Shown piece after piece: positions 1 to 9,520 of a DNA stretch of 64,000 nucleotides. The DNA comes from an uncultured Acidobacteriota bacterium. GTDB taxonomy: Bacteria; Actinomycetota; Acidimicrobiia; Spongiisociales; ZC4RG35. The stretch is from positions 367,537 through 431,536 of the forward strand of contig CAVTFV010000008.1 in the NCBI GenBank assembly GCA_963734115.1, in the 5' to 3' direction. The translations under genes were made by a program, and so were the position numbers. The notes under the pieces are model-generated. The model was not told the DNA's origin and searched no databases. It saw nothing but the letters and a program-made list of their open reading frames with translations. Every line of letters begins with the position of its first letter. Position 1 is the stretch's first letter.

Positions 1-108
1 CGGACCGCCGTCCGAGAACCAATCGATGGTCCCGCAATCGGCACAGGCGGTCACTGCAACGCGCCCGACCCACACCGGCTTGTGCTCACACCATGGAGAA
101 ACATTCAT
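1..108 (-). CDS. Partial CDS running off the 5' window edge; small Cys-rich (zinc-ribbon-like) hypothetical protein
   Basis: Minus-strand ATG at 108, reading MNVSPWCEHKPVWVGRVAVTACADCGTIDWFSDGGP... with no stop before position 1. No clear RBS. Confidence 0.25.
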   Translation of the reverse strand, partial: MNVSPWCEHKPVWVGRVAVTACADCGTIDWFSDGGP

Positions 109-194
109 GGTGGACAAGGTACGAAGAGGGTGTGACAGATTCGCGCGTGCACACAGCCACCGCACGGGTGGGTAGATGCACACGGCTTTCAGAT

Positions 195-704
195 CTAGAT
201 CTCCAAAGCAGGCATCTCCGACGTGTCGTCGAAGCGCGTGCCGGGGACCAAGAGCACCGGCAGATGCGACTTGTCCATCACGCGGGCGGACACGCTTCGC
301 CAGGCCTCTTCGGTGAAGAGACGGCGGGTCGCCCCCATCATCACCAGGTCGGCCCCCGCTTCGTCAGCCGTATTGATGATGGCCTCGGCCGGGTCGTCGC
401 CTTCGACGAATCGGACGTCGGTGTCGAGCCCGACGGCGTGCAGCCCGGCCACGATCGGCTCCACCGCCTTCTGGCCCCGCTCCTCCAGGTATCGCGCCGC
501 CTTGGCCTCCGCATCGGATGAGCCAATCGGTGCGTCGTCGAGGAACGACCGGCGGACGTCGTCGTCCAGCGACTCGAGAAAGGAGCGGGGGACCCTCACC
601 ACGGTCATGACCGTGACACTTCCTTCGTCGGCAATGAGACGCCGGCACAGGTCGGCTACCGGGGCTGCTGGAAGTACCCCGGTCGTGGCGATCAGGATGC
701 GCAC
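195..704 (-). CDS. Universal stress protein (UspA family)
   Basis: 169 aa with USP fold features (ATTGV..., GADLVMMG, SVSARV, PVLLV). Confidence 0.8.
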   Translation of the reverse strand: MRILIATTGVLPAAPVADLCRRLIADEGSVTVMTVVRVPRSFLESLDDDVRRSFLDDAPIGSSDAEAKAARYLEERGQKAVEPIVAGLHAVGLDTDVRFVEGDDPAEAIINTADEAGADLVMMGATRRLFTEEAWRSVSARVMDKSHLPVLLVPGTRFDDTSEMPALEI

Positions 705-751
705 CCGGCTGAGATTAGGGTGTCGGCACCGCTTTTGCCCATGCGAGCCAA

Positions 752-1249
752 TTGGACCCGGAACTCATCAACAAGGTCACCTGGAAGATCCCCAACGCCC
801 TGGCTTTGATCGGCTCGGCGTCCGGGGATGAGTGGAACGGCATGACCGCGTCGTGGGTCACGCAGGTCTCGATGGAACCCGTGCTCATCGGAGTTGGCGT
901 CGACAACAAGGCGGTGACACATCGTCTGATCACCGACGGAGGATCATTCACGGTGAATCTGTGGCCGTCAGACGACACGCGTGTATTCGTCAAGTTCTCC
1001 AAGCCTGCGACGAGGGAGGACGGCATGCTCAATGGCCGGCCGGTCCGCCCGGGTGCGACCGGTGCGCCGATATTCGAAGAATCGCTGGCCTGGATGGACT
1101 GCGAAGTCCGACATTCCATCGATCTCGGGACCCATACCTTCTTTGTCGGCGAGATCGTCGACGCCGGTGTCAACGACGACGAGCGGCAGGCGGCTTCGAT
1201 GTCCGACACGAGGATGAAATACGGCGGAGTGCGGAGGGGCGGTCACTGA
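752..1249 (+). CDS. Flavin reductase-like (FMN-binding split-barrel) protein
   Basis: 165 aa; motifs LIGSASGDEWNGMTASW and THTFFVGEIVD are typical of flavin reductase family proteins. Confidence 0.75.
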   Translation: MDPELINKVTWKIPNALALIGSASGDEWNGMTASWVTQVSMEPVLIGVGVDNKAVTHRLITDGGSFTVNLWPSDDTRVFVKFSKPATREDGMLNGRPVRPGATGAPIFEESLAWMDCEVRHSIDLGTHTFFVGEIVDAGVNDDERQAASMSDTRMKYGGVRRGGH

Positions 1250-1251
1250 GC

Positions 1252-2028
1252 ATGGACGTATCAGTCGAGGGAAAGGTCGTGCTCGTAACCGGTGCCAGCC
1301 GCGGCATCGGGCAGGCGACCGCGGCCGAGTTTGCCAGGAGTGGGGCCGCCGGCATCACGATCACTTCCCGCAAACCGGAGAACATCCAGACAGCGGCGTC
1401 CGAGTTGATCGATTCCGGGGTGGACGAGGGGATAGTGCTCGCGCTCCCGGCCCGGGCAGATTCTGAGGAATCCGCCGATGAGGCGGTGGCAGCCACTGTG
1501 GAGCGCTTCGGGTCGTGCGACATCCTCATCAACAACGCCGGCACCAACCCATCGGCCGGACCTCTGATGGACGTGGACCTGGGCGCTCTGGACAAGACCT
1601 GGGCGGTCAACCTGAGGGCCCCTTTGCTTTGGGTCAGAGCGGCATACCGGGCATCGATGGAGAAAAGCGGGGGTTCCATAGTCAACGTCTCCTCGGTAGG
1701 TGGTCTGCGACCAAGCCCGATCACCGGCGCCTATAACGTCTCCAAGGCAGGTCTGGTCCACATGACCCGACAGCTCGCCTTGGAATTGGCGCCGTCGATC
1801 CGGGTCAATGCCGTTGCCCCTGGCGTGGTCAAGACGAGGCTCTCGGAGATGCTGTGGCAGGACGAGGCGACGGCGGCGGGGATGCATCCTCTGGGGCGTT
1901 TGGGAACACCGGAAGACGTCGCCCGCGTCATCGTGTTCCTGGCGTCAGACGCCGCCGACTGGATAACCGGTATCACGCTTCCGGTCGACGGAGGGATGAG
2001 TGAGGCGTCTTCGTCGGGCATAGCCTGA
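1252..2028 (+). CDS. SDR family short-chain dehydrogenase/reductase
   Basis: ATG at 1252, two nt after the upstream stop. TGASRGIG Rossmann motif, NNAG, and a YxxxK catalytic motif (YNVSK). The longer ORF from 832 overlaps the flavin reductase and is rejected. Confidence 0.85.
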   Translation: MDVSVEGKVVLVTGASRGIGQATAAEFARSGAAGITITSRKPENIQTAASELIDSGVDEGIVLALPARADSEESADEAVAATVERFGSCDILINNAGTNPSAGPLMDVDLGALDKTWAVNLRAPLLWVRAAYRASMEKSGGSIVNVSSVGGLRPSPITGAYNVSKAGLVHMTRQLALELAPSIRVNAVAPGVVKTRLSEMLWQDEATAAGMHPLGRLGTPEDVARVIVFLASDAADWITGITLPVDGGMSEASSSGIA

Positions 2029-2032
2029 GCTG

Positions 2033-3190
2033 ATGAGTCAAAGAGCCATGACCCACCACCCGGCACCCGACCCCGACCTGGCCCTTCGCTATCTAGAAGG
2101 GGGCGTCGACGACGGCGCGCTCTTCGCCCACGCCCGGGCGCTGCGTGACGAGGGACGTGGGCCGGTAGTGACCTACAGCCGGAAGGTGTTCATCCCCCTC
2201 ACCACGTTGTGCCGCGACCGCTGCACGTATTGCACCTTTGCCAAGCCACCGGGGGCCGGAGGGATGTATCTCGAGTCCGACGAGGTCCTTGCGATCGCTC
2301 GGGCGGGGGACGAGGCAGGCTGCACCGAGGCGCTGTTCACCCTGGGCGACCGGCCCGAGGAGCGCTGGCCCCAGGCCGCCTCGTTCCTTTCTGCCCGTGG
2401 TCTGCACTCGACGATCGAATACGTGGCCGAGATGTCGGCGATGGTGCGCTCGGAAACATCTCTCTTCCCCCACGCCAACCCTGGCCTGCTCGACGATGAC
2501 GACATGACACTTCTGCGCCCGACCAATCCGTCGATGGGGATGATGCTGGAGAACATCTCACCCCGGCTCATGGAGCCCGGAATGCCCCATCACGGGACTC
2601 TTTCCAAGGACCCTGCTCGCCGGGTGGCGACCATCGAGGCAGCGGGTCGGGCGAAGGTCCCATTCACCACCGGGATCCTGGTCGGGATCGGGGAGACCAG
2701 AAGCGAGATCATCGATTCACTGTTCGCCCTGCAAGAGCTTGGCCAGGCCACCGGGGCGATCCAGGAGGTCATCATCCAGAACTTCAGGGCCAAGGCCGAC
2801 ACTCCCATGCGGCACTCGGCCGAGCCGGTGCCCCGCTGGTTTGCCCGTGTCGTCGCACTGGCTCGATGGATCATGGGCCCTGAAGCCAATGTCCAGGTGC
2901 CGCCAAACCTGACCGAGCAATTCGAGATATACCTGGAGGCCGGGATCAACGACTGGGGAGGCGTCTCCCCGCTCACGATCGACTGGGTGAATCCCGAAGC
3001 GCCCTGGCCCCATCTCGACGAGCTACGGGGCCGGACAGAGGAAGCCGGTTTCACGTTGCGACCACGTCTACCCGTCTATCCGGATTACATCGACGAGGAT
3101 TGGATCGACGCAGGGTTGTACACAGATGTGGTGGCGGCCGCCGACAAAGACGGTCTGGCACTCATCCCGGAGACATCAGGAGCAAGATGA
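2033..3190 (+). CDS. cofG: 7,8-didemethyl-8-hydroxy-5-deazariboflavin (FO) synthase subunit CofG (FbiC N-domain-like)
   Basis: Radical-SAM CxxxCxxC (CRDRCTYCTF) and CofG-like overall sequence. Stop overlaps the next start (ATGA). Confidence 0.8.
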   Translation: MSQRAMTHHPAPDPDLALRYLEGGVDDGALFAHARALRDEGRGPVVTYSRKVFIPLTTLCRDRCTYCTFAKPPGAGGMYLESDEVLAIARAGDEAGCTEALFTLGDRPEERWPQAASFLSARGLHSTIEYVAEMSAMVRSETSLFPHANPGLLDDDDMTLLRPTNPSMGMMLENISPRLMEPGMPHHGTLSKDPARRVATIEAAGRAKVPFTTGILVGIGETRSEIIDSLFALQELGQATGAIQEVIIQNFRAKADTPMRHSAEPVPRWFARVVALARWIMGPEANVQVPPNLTEQFEIYLEAGINDWGGVSPLTIDWVNPEAPWPHLDELRGRTEEAGFTLRPRLPVYPDYIDEDWIDAGLYTDVVAAADKDGLALIPETSGAR

Positions 3191-5052
3191 CGATCACGTT
3201 TCTCAGAGTGCGTCCGGCCGAGAAGCTGGCCGAACCAACGGCGACCAGCAGACGTCGGGAGGGAACGACCTCAATCGAGATGCTGTCGCCCACTTCCGCA
3301 GAGCTGACTGCGGCCCACAAGTCCGGTGTTCTGGTGGTGTCGGAGAGCGTGACCGACGTGGACCCTGATGCTTGGGTCGTCGAACCCAAAGAGGCGCTGA
3401 GCCTCGCCGAGCGAGGAGTTCCAGGATGGCGTCTGACCGTCGTTGCCGAGGGTTCCCGGGAATCGATTCTGGACGCACTGGCCAGGTCGAGGGCGTGCTT
3501 CGCACGCACCACACGATCGGAGATCTCCGAGATCGCTGCGCTGTCCTCCTTGCCCGGAGTCGACTTCTCGACGTCCGTTTTCGTCGATGATGTCTCCCAG
3601 GCTCTGAGGGCGGTAGACCATGGGGCGACCGATCTGCTGCTGCGCGATTGGGACGTGGAAGGGATTGGCGAGCTACGCGCGGCCCTCGGTGATCGACGTC
3701 TCGTGGAGAGGACCGCTTTCCCTCCGGGCATCGAGATCGACGAGGCCCGCGGTGTGCTGCCCGCCGACACGTTCGCTGCCTGGCTGAGCCAGGTCGACGG
3801 TTCAGGCGTGGCCCGGCCACGATATGAGTGGGCGCCCGGGAAGGACCTCCCGCCACCGGTGCCCCGCGATCGTCTTTCGGCGGAGTGGCTGGACAGAACC
3901 TGGATCGACGGGTCGGCCACCTCGTTTCCCGGGTCGGCGGCGGAGCTGGCGCCCATACTCGAGCGCTCGCTGGAGGGCATCGCGCCGACGACAGACGAGG
4001 TCGAAGCACTATTCCACGCCAGAGGGGATCAGGTCGATGCCGTCGCCCACGTCGCCGACATCCTCAGGGAGCGGGCGACCGGGGACACGGTCACCTATGT
4101 GGTGAACCGGAACATCAACTACACCAATCTCTGCTACTTCAAGTGTGGCTTTTGCGCCTTCTCCAAAGGGCCGCGCAGCCTCAATCTCAGGGGTGAGCCC
4201 TATTTGATGGGATTGGACGAGATCGTGGAGCGGGCCGTCGAGGCCTGGGGGCGGGGTGCCACCGAGGTGACGCTCCAGGGCGGCATTCATCCCGATTTCA
4301 CCGGCAACTTCTACGTCGATGTCGTCAATGCGATCAAGTCGGAGCTGCCCGACATGCATATCCATGGCTTCACCCCGCTCGAGGTTTGGCAGGGGGCCGA
4401 GACCCTCGGGATACCGGTACGTCGCTTTCTCGAGGAGTTGAAGGCGGCGGGTCTGGGCACGCTTCCGGGGACCGCCGCCGAGATCCTGGACGACGACGTA
4501 CGGGCCCATCTCTGCCCTGACAAGATCCGGACTTCCCAGTGGGCCGAGGTGATGATCACCGCCCACGAACTGGGACTGCGGGCCACTTCGACGATCATGT
4601 TCGGCCATATCGACCACCCGCGGTCATGGGCCAATCATCTCGAGGTGATCCGCGTCATCCAGCGCCGGACCGGCGGGTTTACCGAGATGGTGCCGCTGCC
4701 CTTCGTCCACATGGGATCGCCGATCTTCCTCAGGGGCAGAGCCCGTCCCGGGCCCACCTGGGACGAGGTGGTGCTCATACATGCCGTGTCCCGGATCGCT
4801 CTCGACGGGCTGGTGCCAAACATCCAGGCTTCCTGGGTCAAGCTCGGCCTCGATGGGGGGAGGCGTCTGCTCGACGCTGGATGCAACGATCTCGGTGGGA
4901 CCCTGATGGGCGAGATAATCACCCGCTCGGCCGGGGCCGCACACGGGCAGGAGGTCACGCCACTGGAGTTCCGGGAAGTGATCGAGGCAGCAAGGCGCCG
5001 GCCGGCGCTGCGCTCGACGACCTACGAGATCCTCGAGCCTCAGCCGCGATAG
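3187..5052 (+). CDS. cofH: FO synthase subunit CofH (FbiC C-domain-like) with an unusually long N-terminal extension
   Basis: NRNINYTNLCYFKCGFCAF radical-SAM motif and CofH-like C-terminal 370 aa. The ATG at 3187 overlaps the cofG stop (ATGA). About 250 extra N-terminal residues have no recognisable motif. Confidence 0.75.
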   Translation: MTITFLRVRPAEKLAEPTATSRRREGTTSIEMLSPTSAELTAAHKSGVLVVSESVTDVDPDAWVVEPKEALSLAERGVPGWRLTVVAEGSRESILDALARSRACFARTTRSEISEIAALSSLPGVDFSTSVFVDDVSQALRAVDHGATDLLLRDWDVEGIGELRAALGDRRLVERTAFPPGIEIDEARGVLPADTFAAWLSQVDGSGVARPRYEWAPGKDLPPPVPRDRLSAEWLDRTWIDGSATSFPGSAAELAPILERSLEGIAPTTDEVEALFHARGDQVDAVAHVADILRERATGDTVTYVVNRNINYTNLCYFKCGFCAFSKGPRSLNLRGEPYLMGLDEIVERAVEAWGRGATEVTLQGGIHPDFTGNFYVDVVNAIKSELPDMHIHGFTPLEVWQGAETLGIPVRRFLEELKAAGLGTLPGTAAEILDDDVRAHLCPDKIRTSQWAEVMITAHELGLRATSTIMFGHIDHPRSWANHLEVIRVIQRRTGGFTEMVPLPFVHMGSPIFLRGRARPGPTWDEVVLIHAVSRIALDGLVPNIQASWVKLGLDGGRRLLDAGCNDLGGTLMGEIITRSAGAAHGQEVTPLEFREVIEAARRRPALRSTTYEILEPQPR

Positions 5053-8000
5053 GTGAGGCCCCTCGGGGCGGTGGCGAATCCCCACTCCGCCAGGGCGGGA
5101 GCGATAGGTGAGGCGGGAGCGGGCCGTCCGTTGACGGTGTTCACAGTCGTGCGACGGTGCCGGGCGGCGATCTCAGAGAGCCCTCGGCCGAGGTTGCCAT
5201 AGATCGACATGTCTTCGGCCAGGACGGTCAAGTGCCTCCGGCCACGGTCCAGGTAGCCGAGCAACTGGCCCTCCCACAAGAACACGTAGGCACCGGCATC
5301 GCGAGCCAGTCGCGCCTCTTCGACCTCTGGCCAGGGGAGTGCGGCACCGTAAGGGTTGGCCGGGTCGGTAGCGGCGAGGACCGTCAGCTGACGAGCCGGA
5401 TCTGTGCGCAGTCGATCGACCGCTCCTGGGAGTGCGAACTGTGAGCCCCCGAGACCCTCGACGAAGTATCCCCTACGCACCCTGCCCGTCTCTTCCAGGT
5501 GGGAGAACACCGGATAGAGGGCGCTGAACCCGCCGGGATAGCCCTCGGCGAGGATGGCGCTCCGGGTCACGACCCCATGCCTATCGAGGAGCAGGTGAGC
5601 CCAGGCGGCGTGTCGCTCAGTGTCGCTCACCTCTCCACCCACGAGCTGGCCCGTCAGCGACCAGCGCCCGCCCGCATGGGCCGGGAATTGAGAAGAGAGC
5701 CCCGGACGACCGGTTCGTCTCGTGCTGCGCTGTTGGATGAAAGCACGGAGCGGTGCCAGGGTGTCGTTGGTGACATGTCCTGACCAGACCATGTCCCAGA
5801 GATGGTCGAGCAGGGCCACCGGGTCGCCACCTCCGGTGCCGGTGTAGATGTCCCGGAAGAAGCTGGCCCCCCTGGTGTCCAGGAAGTCATGGATCGATTC
5901 GGCCTCAGGCCCCTGCGGCATCTCACCGGGGCCTCTCCACAGCAACCCGAGACCGGATCGCGGGTACAGGGCGAGCTTGCCGTCGCCCGGCCCTAACGAA
6001 TCATGACCCACCCATACGAGGTCGCCATCGAGGAGGAGCCGATCGAGGTGGGAAGCCGGCTCGGTGACCCGTGAGGCGAGGACGTCGCGCTCGAGCACGG
6101 AGGCCGGAATCACCGCGCCCGTGAGCCGCGCGATCGCATCGGTGAGGGCCGTCGAGCTCGACGGAGGATCGTCTCGCACCCCTTGCCAGGCAATGTTGAA
6201 CGCAGCAAGGGAGGCTGGAGGCACCGGCTCTATCTCCCGCCGCAATACGGCCAGGGATCGACGTTTGAGCCGTCTCAGCACCTCGCGGTCGATCCACTCC
6301 CGTCCCTGCCCGCCCGGTCGGAATGCGCCAACATCGACCCGCCCCGAGGCCTCCAGCTGTTGGAGGATCGTCTCGACGATGGCAGTGGGGACGGCGAGGG
6401 CGCCGGCGGCGTCGCCCGCAGTGAACGGCCCGTGGGTTCGAGCAAACCGCCCGACAACGTCACCGAGGGGATCATCCACCGGCTCGAGGAAGACATGCGG
6501 AATCCCGGCGGGTGGTTGGACACCGAGGGCATCGCGCAGCCTCGACACGTCCTCGATTGCGGCCCACCGCGTCACGCCGGCATGGGTGATCTCGACGACC
6601 CTCCGCTGGTCGGTGAGCTCGCTCAGCACTGACGGGATGTCGAGCCCATCGGTGCGCACCTCGAGATCCTGGACGGTCAGTGGGCCGAGGTCTCTCAGCA
6701 TGTCATGGACCCCATCCGCTCGCTTCACACGTCGCGGCTCGGTCAGATACTGCAATTCGAGCTCTACCGCAGCGACCACCTCGGGGTCGATCAGCTCGCG
6801 AAGCTCCCCCTCGCCGAGCAGCTCACGAAGCAGGTCGCGATCGAGCGTCATGGCCGCCGCCCGGCGTTCGGCCAGAGGAGCGTCGGCCTCATAGAGGAAT
6901 GCGGCGATGAATGAGAAGAGCAACGAGGAGGCGAATGGGCTCGGTGAGTCGAGGTCGACGGACGCGATCCTGATGCGACGCCCCCGTATGTCGGTCAGGA
7001 CTTCGATCAAAGAGGGCAGGTCGAAGTCGTCCTGGAGGATCTCCCGGTACACCTCGAGCATGATCGGGAAGGAACCGAATTGCTTGGCCACCCCGAGCAG
7101 GTCGGCGGATCGGCGGCGCTGCAGCCAGAGCGGCGTCCGCTCGCCGGGTCGGCGCCGTGGGAGGAGCAGGGAGCGCCCGGCCGCCTCCCGGAAGCGGGCA
7201 GCGAACAGTGCCGTGTCACCAAGGTGCTCGAGCAGCAAGGCCTCGACATCTTCAGGATCGAGCAGGAGGTCCTCGGCGCCGGGCGGGTTGTCGGCATCGG
7301 GGAAACGGAACGCGATCCCGTCATCTGACCAAATGGCGTCGACATCCACCCCGTACCGGTCCCGGAACCGATGACGCAGCGCCATTGCCCACGGAGCGTG
7401 GACCCGGGCCCCGAGAGGAGAGAGCAGGACGAGTCTCCAATCCCCAATCTCGTCACGAAAACGCTCGACGACGAGCGTCTGGTCAGTGGGCAGCACCCCA
7501 GTCGCCTCCCGCTCCTCTGTGAGATAACCGACGAGATTTCTCGCGGCCAGCTCGTCCAGGTGGAAGCGAGTCACGAGGTCCTCGTGGGCCTCTTCCGGGT
7601 CGAGACGTCCCGTCTGGCGGACAAAGGCTCCGACCGCCCTGCCGGTTTCTATCGACCGCCCCATAGAGTCGCCATGCCAGAAGGGCATCCGGGCAGCCCC
7701 TTCGGCCGGCGCGGGCACGACCTCGACTCGATCGTGGCCGATCTGTGAGATCCGCCAGGCCGTGCTGCCGAGCAGGAAGACGTCTCCCTCGCGCGACTCG
7801 TAGACCATCTCCTCGTCGAGCTCACCTACCCGGCTGCCATCAGGGAGGGTGACGCGGTACAGACCGCGATCCGGGATGGTGCCTGCGTTGGTGACAGCCA
7901 GTTGGAGCGACCCGGGCCGGGCCGTCACCTCGCCTGTCACCCGATCCCAGTTGATGCGGGGTCTCAACTCTGCGAAAAGGTCAGAGGGGTAGCGGCCCGC

Positions 8001-9413
8001 CAACATGTCGAGCGTCTCGTCGAAGACGGCCCGGCTCAGCCCCGAGTACGGCGCCGCCCTCGTCGCCATCTCGTACAGGGCGTCGGCACTGGTCGGGCCT
8101 GCAACGACCCTGGCCACCAATTGCTGGGAGAGGACATCGAGTGGGTTGGCCGGGATCTTGGTGCTCTCGACCTGTCGCTCCAGCATCTGATTGGCGACGA
8201 CGGCCGAAACCAGGAGGTCGCCCCGGTATTTCGGGTAGATGCGCGCCTTGGAGACGCCGCCAACCTGGTGGCCCGAGCGGCCGACCCTCTGCAGCCCGGA
8301 GGCAACCGATGTCGGGGCCTCGACCTGGAGCACCAGATCTACCGCTCCCATGTCGATGCCGAGCTCGAGAGATGAAGTGGCGACTACCGCTCGGAGATCG
8401 CCGCGCTTCAACGCTTCCTCTGTGAGGAGCCTCTGCTCACGGGCCACCGAGCCATGATGGGCCTTGGCCACTTCCTCGCCCGCCAGGTTGTTGATCTCGG
8501 AGCAAAGACGCTCCGCAAGCCGACGCGAATTGGCGAACACGATCGTGCTGCGATGGGCCTGGATTTGCTCCAGCAACCGGGGATAGACCGCGGGCCAGAT
8601 GGATCGAGTCGACTGCTGATCGGGGTCGAGAGGGTCGGGGTCGCCCGGCTCGTTCATGTCTTCGACCGGCACCACAATCTGGATGTCCAGGTCACGTTCA
8701 TGCGGCACGTCTATGAGGGTGACCGGGCGTGGGACCCAAGTCCCGCCGTCGTCGACGGTCCCGCCGCCGAGGAACCGTCCGATGTCCTCCAGCGGGCGCT
8801 GCGTGGCCGAGAGGCCGATCCGCTGCGGCGAGACATCGGTGATCTCCTCCAGACGCTCGAGTGAGATCGAGAGATGCGCGCCCCGCTTGCTGCCTGCCAC
8901 CGCGTGCACTTCGTCGACGATCACCCAGCGAACGCTCCGCAGTATCTCGCGGGCCGCAGAGGTGAGTATGAGATAGAGCGATTCTGGAGTCGTGATCAGG
9001 ATGTCGGGCGGGTTGCGTCGCATGCGCTGCCGGGCATCGGGTGGGGTGTCACCGGTGCGGATGAACGTTTCGACGCTGGGCAGGGTCGGGCCACCGATGC
9101 GGCTCGAAGCATGGCGGATACCGGCCAGCGGCGCCCTCAGATTGCGCTCGACATCGTGGGCCAGCGCCTTGAGCGGCGATATGTAGAGGACGCGGCAACG
9201 ACTCGCCTTCTCGGGCTGAGGCTCTGTCAGGAGTCGATCGAGGGTCCACAGGAAGGCGGCCAGGGTCTTTCCCGATCCGGTGGGGGCATGGATCAGCGTG
9301 TGATCCCCATCGGCGATGGCCGGCCATCCCATGGCCTGTGCCATCGTTGGCTCGTTGAACGAGGCCTCGAACCACGTGCGAGTTGCCGGGGTGAATGCGC
9401 CGAGCGAGTCCAC
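5040..9413 (-). CDS. lhr: ATP-dependent helicase Lhr (large helicase-related protein, full-length with C-terminal domain)
   Basis: 1457 aa. N-terminal AQAMGWPAIADGDHTLIHAPTGSGKT (Walker A) and DEVH box; the length and architecture match Lhr-Core plus CTD. GTG start. Confidence 0.9.
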   Translation of the reverse strand: MDSLGAFTPATRTWFEASFNEPTMAQAMGWPAIADGDHTLIHAPTGSGKTLAAFLWTLDRLLTEPQPEKASRCRVLYISPLKALAHDVERNLRAPLAGIRHASSRIGGPTLPSVETFIRTGDTPPDARQRMRRNPPDILITTPESLYLILTSAAREILRSVRWVIVDEVHAVAGSKRGAHLSISLERLEEITDVSPQRIGLSATQRPLEDIGRFLGGGTVDDGGTWVPRPVTLIDVPHERDLDIQIVVPVEDMNEPGDPDPLDPDQQSTRSIWPAVYPRLLEQIQAHRSTIVFANSRRLAERLCSEINNLAGEEVAKAHHGSVAREQRLLTEEALKRGDLRAVVATSSLELGIDMGAVDLVLQVEAPTSVASGLQRVGRSGHQVGGVSKARIYPKYRGDLLVSAVVANQMLERQVESTKIPANPLDVLSQQLVARVVAGPTSADALYEMATRAAPYSGLSRAVFDETLDMLAGRYPSDLFAELRPRINWDRVTGEVTARPGSLQLAVTNAGTIPDRGLYRVTLPDGSRVGELDEEMVYESREGDVFLLGSTAWRISQIGHDRVEVVPAPAEGAARMPFWHGDSMGRSIETGRAVGAFVRQTGRLDPEEAHEDLVTRFHLDELAARNLVGYLTEEREATGVLPTDQTLVVERFRDEIGDWRLVLLSPLGARVHAPWAMALRHRFRDRYGVDVDAIWSDDGIAFRFPDADNPPGAEDLLLDPEDVEALLLEHLGDTALFAARFREAAGRSLLLPRRRPGERTPLWLQRRRSADLLGVAKQFGSFPIMLEVYREILQDDFDLPSLIEVLTDIRGRRIRIASVDLDSPSPFASSLLFSFIAAFLYEADAPLAERRAAAMTLDRDLLRELLGEGELRELIDPEVVAAVELELQYLTEPRRVKRADGVHDMLRDLGPLTVQDLEVRTDGLDIPSVLSELTDQRRVVEITHAGVTRWAAIEDVSRLRDALGVQPPAGIPHVFLEPVDDPLGDVVGRFARTHGPFTAGDAAGALAVPTAIVETILQQLEASGRVDVGAFRPGGQGREWIDREVLRRLKRRSLAVLRREIEPVPPASLAAFNIAWQGVRDDPPSSSTALTDAIARLTGAVIPASVLERDVLASRVTEPASHLDRLLLDGDLVWVGHDSLGPGDGKLALYPRSGLGLLWRGPGEMPQGPEAESIHDFLDTRGASFFRDIYTGTGGGDPVALLDHLWDMVWSGHVTNDTLAPLRAFIQQRSTRRTGRPGLSSQFPAHAGGRWSLTGQLVGGEVSDTERHAAWAHLLLDRHGVVTRSAILAEGYPGGFSALYPVFSHLEETGRVRRGYFVEGLGGSQFALPGAVDRLRTDPARQLTVLAATDPANPYGAALPWPEVEEARLARDAGAYVFLWEGQLLGYLDRGRRHLTVLAEDMSIYGNLGRGLSEIAARHRRTTVNTVNGRPAPASPIAPALAEWGFATAPRGLTYRG

Positions 9414-9415
9414 AT

Positions 9416-9441
9416 CCGGAAGGTATCAGAGGTCAGTGACA
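9416..9441 (-). promoter_or_regulatory. PafBC/RecA-NDp-like promoter motif (TGTCACTG-N8-TACCTT) immediately upstream of lhr, probably a leaderless transcript
   Basis: The minus-strand sequence TGTCACTG ACCTCTGA TACCTT ends about 6 nt before the lhr GTG start. It matches the mycobacterial TGTCGGTG-N8-TANNNT consensus. Confidence 0.45.
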
Positions 9442-9520
9442 AGCTCGGTCCGCATTTCTTCCGCCAGGAGCGAAGCGACGTTTGGGGGGAGTGGCCCGAA
9501 GGGCCGAGGGGGGGTCTTGG

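Noticed and set aside
832-2028. Long N-terminal extensions in the ORF track for the SDR (832), rnj (32157), E1beta (37743), znuA (27275), the RRM protein (28863) and metY (10339)
   Set aside because: The extensions overlap the upstream gene or a riboswitch. Internal ATG/GTG starts with RBS or start-stop coupling (ATGA/GTGA) give canonical protein lengths.
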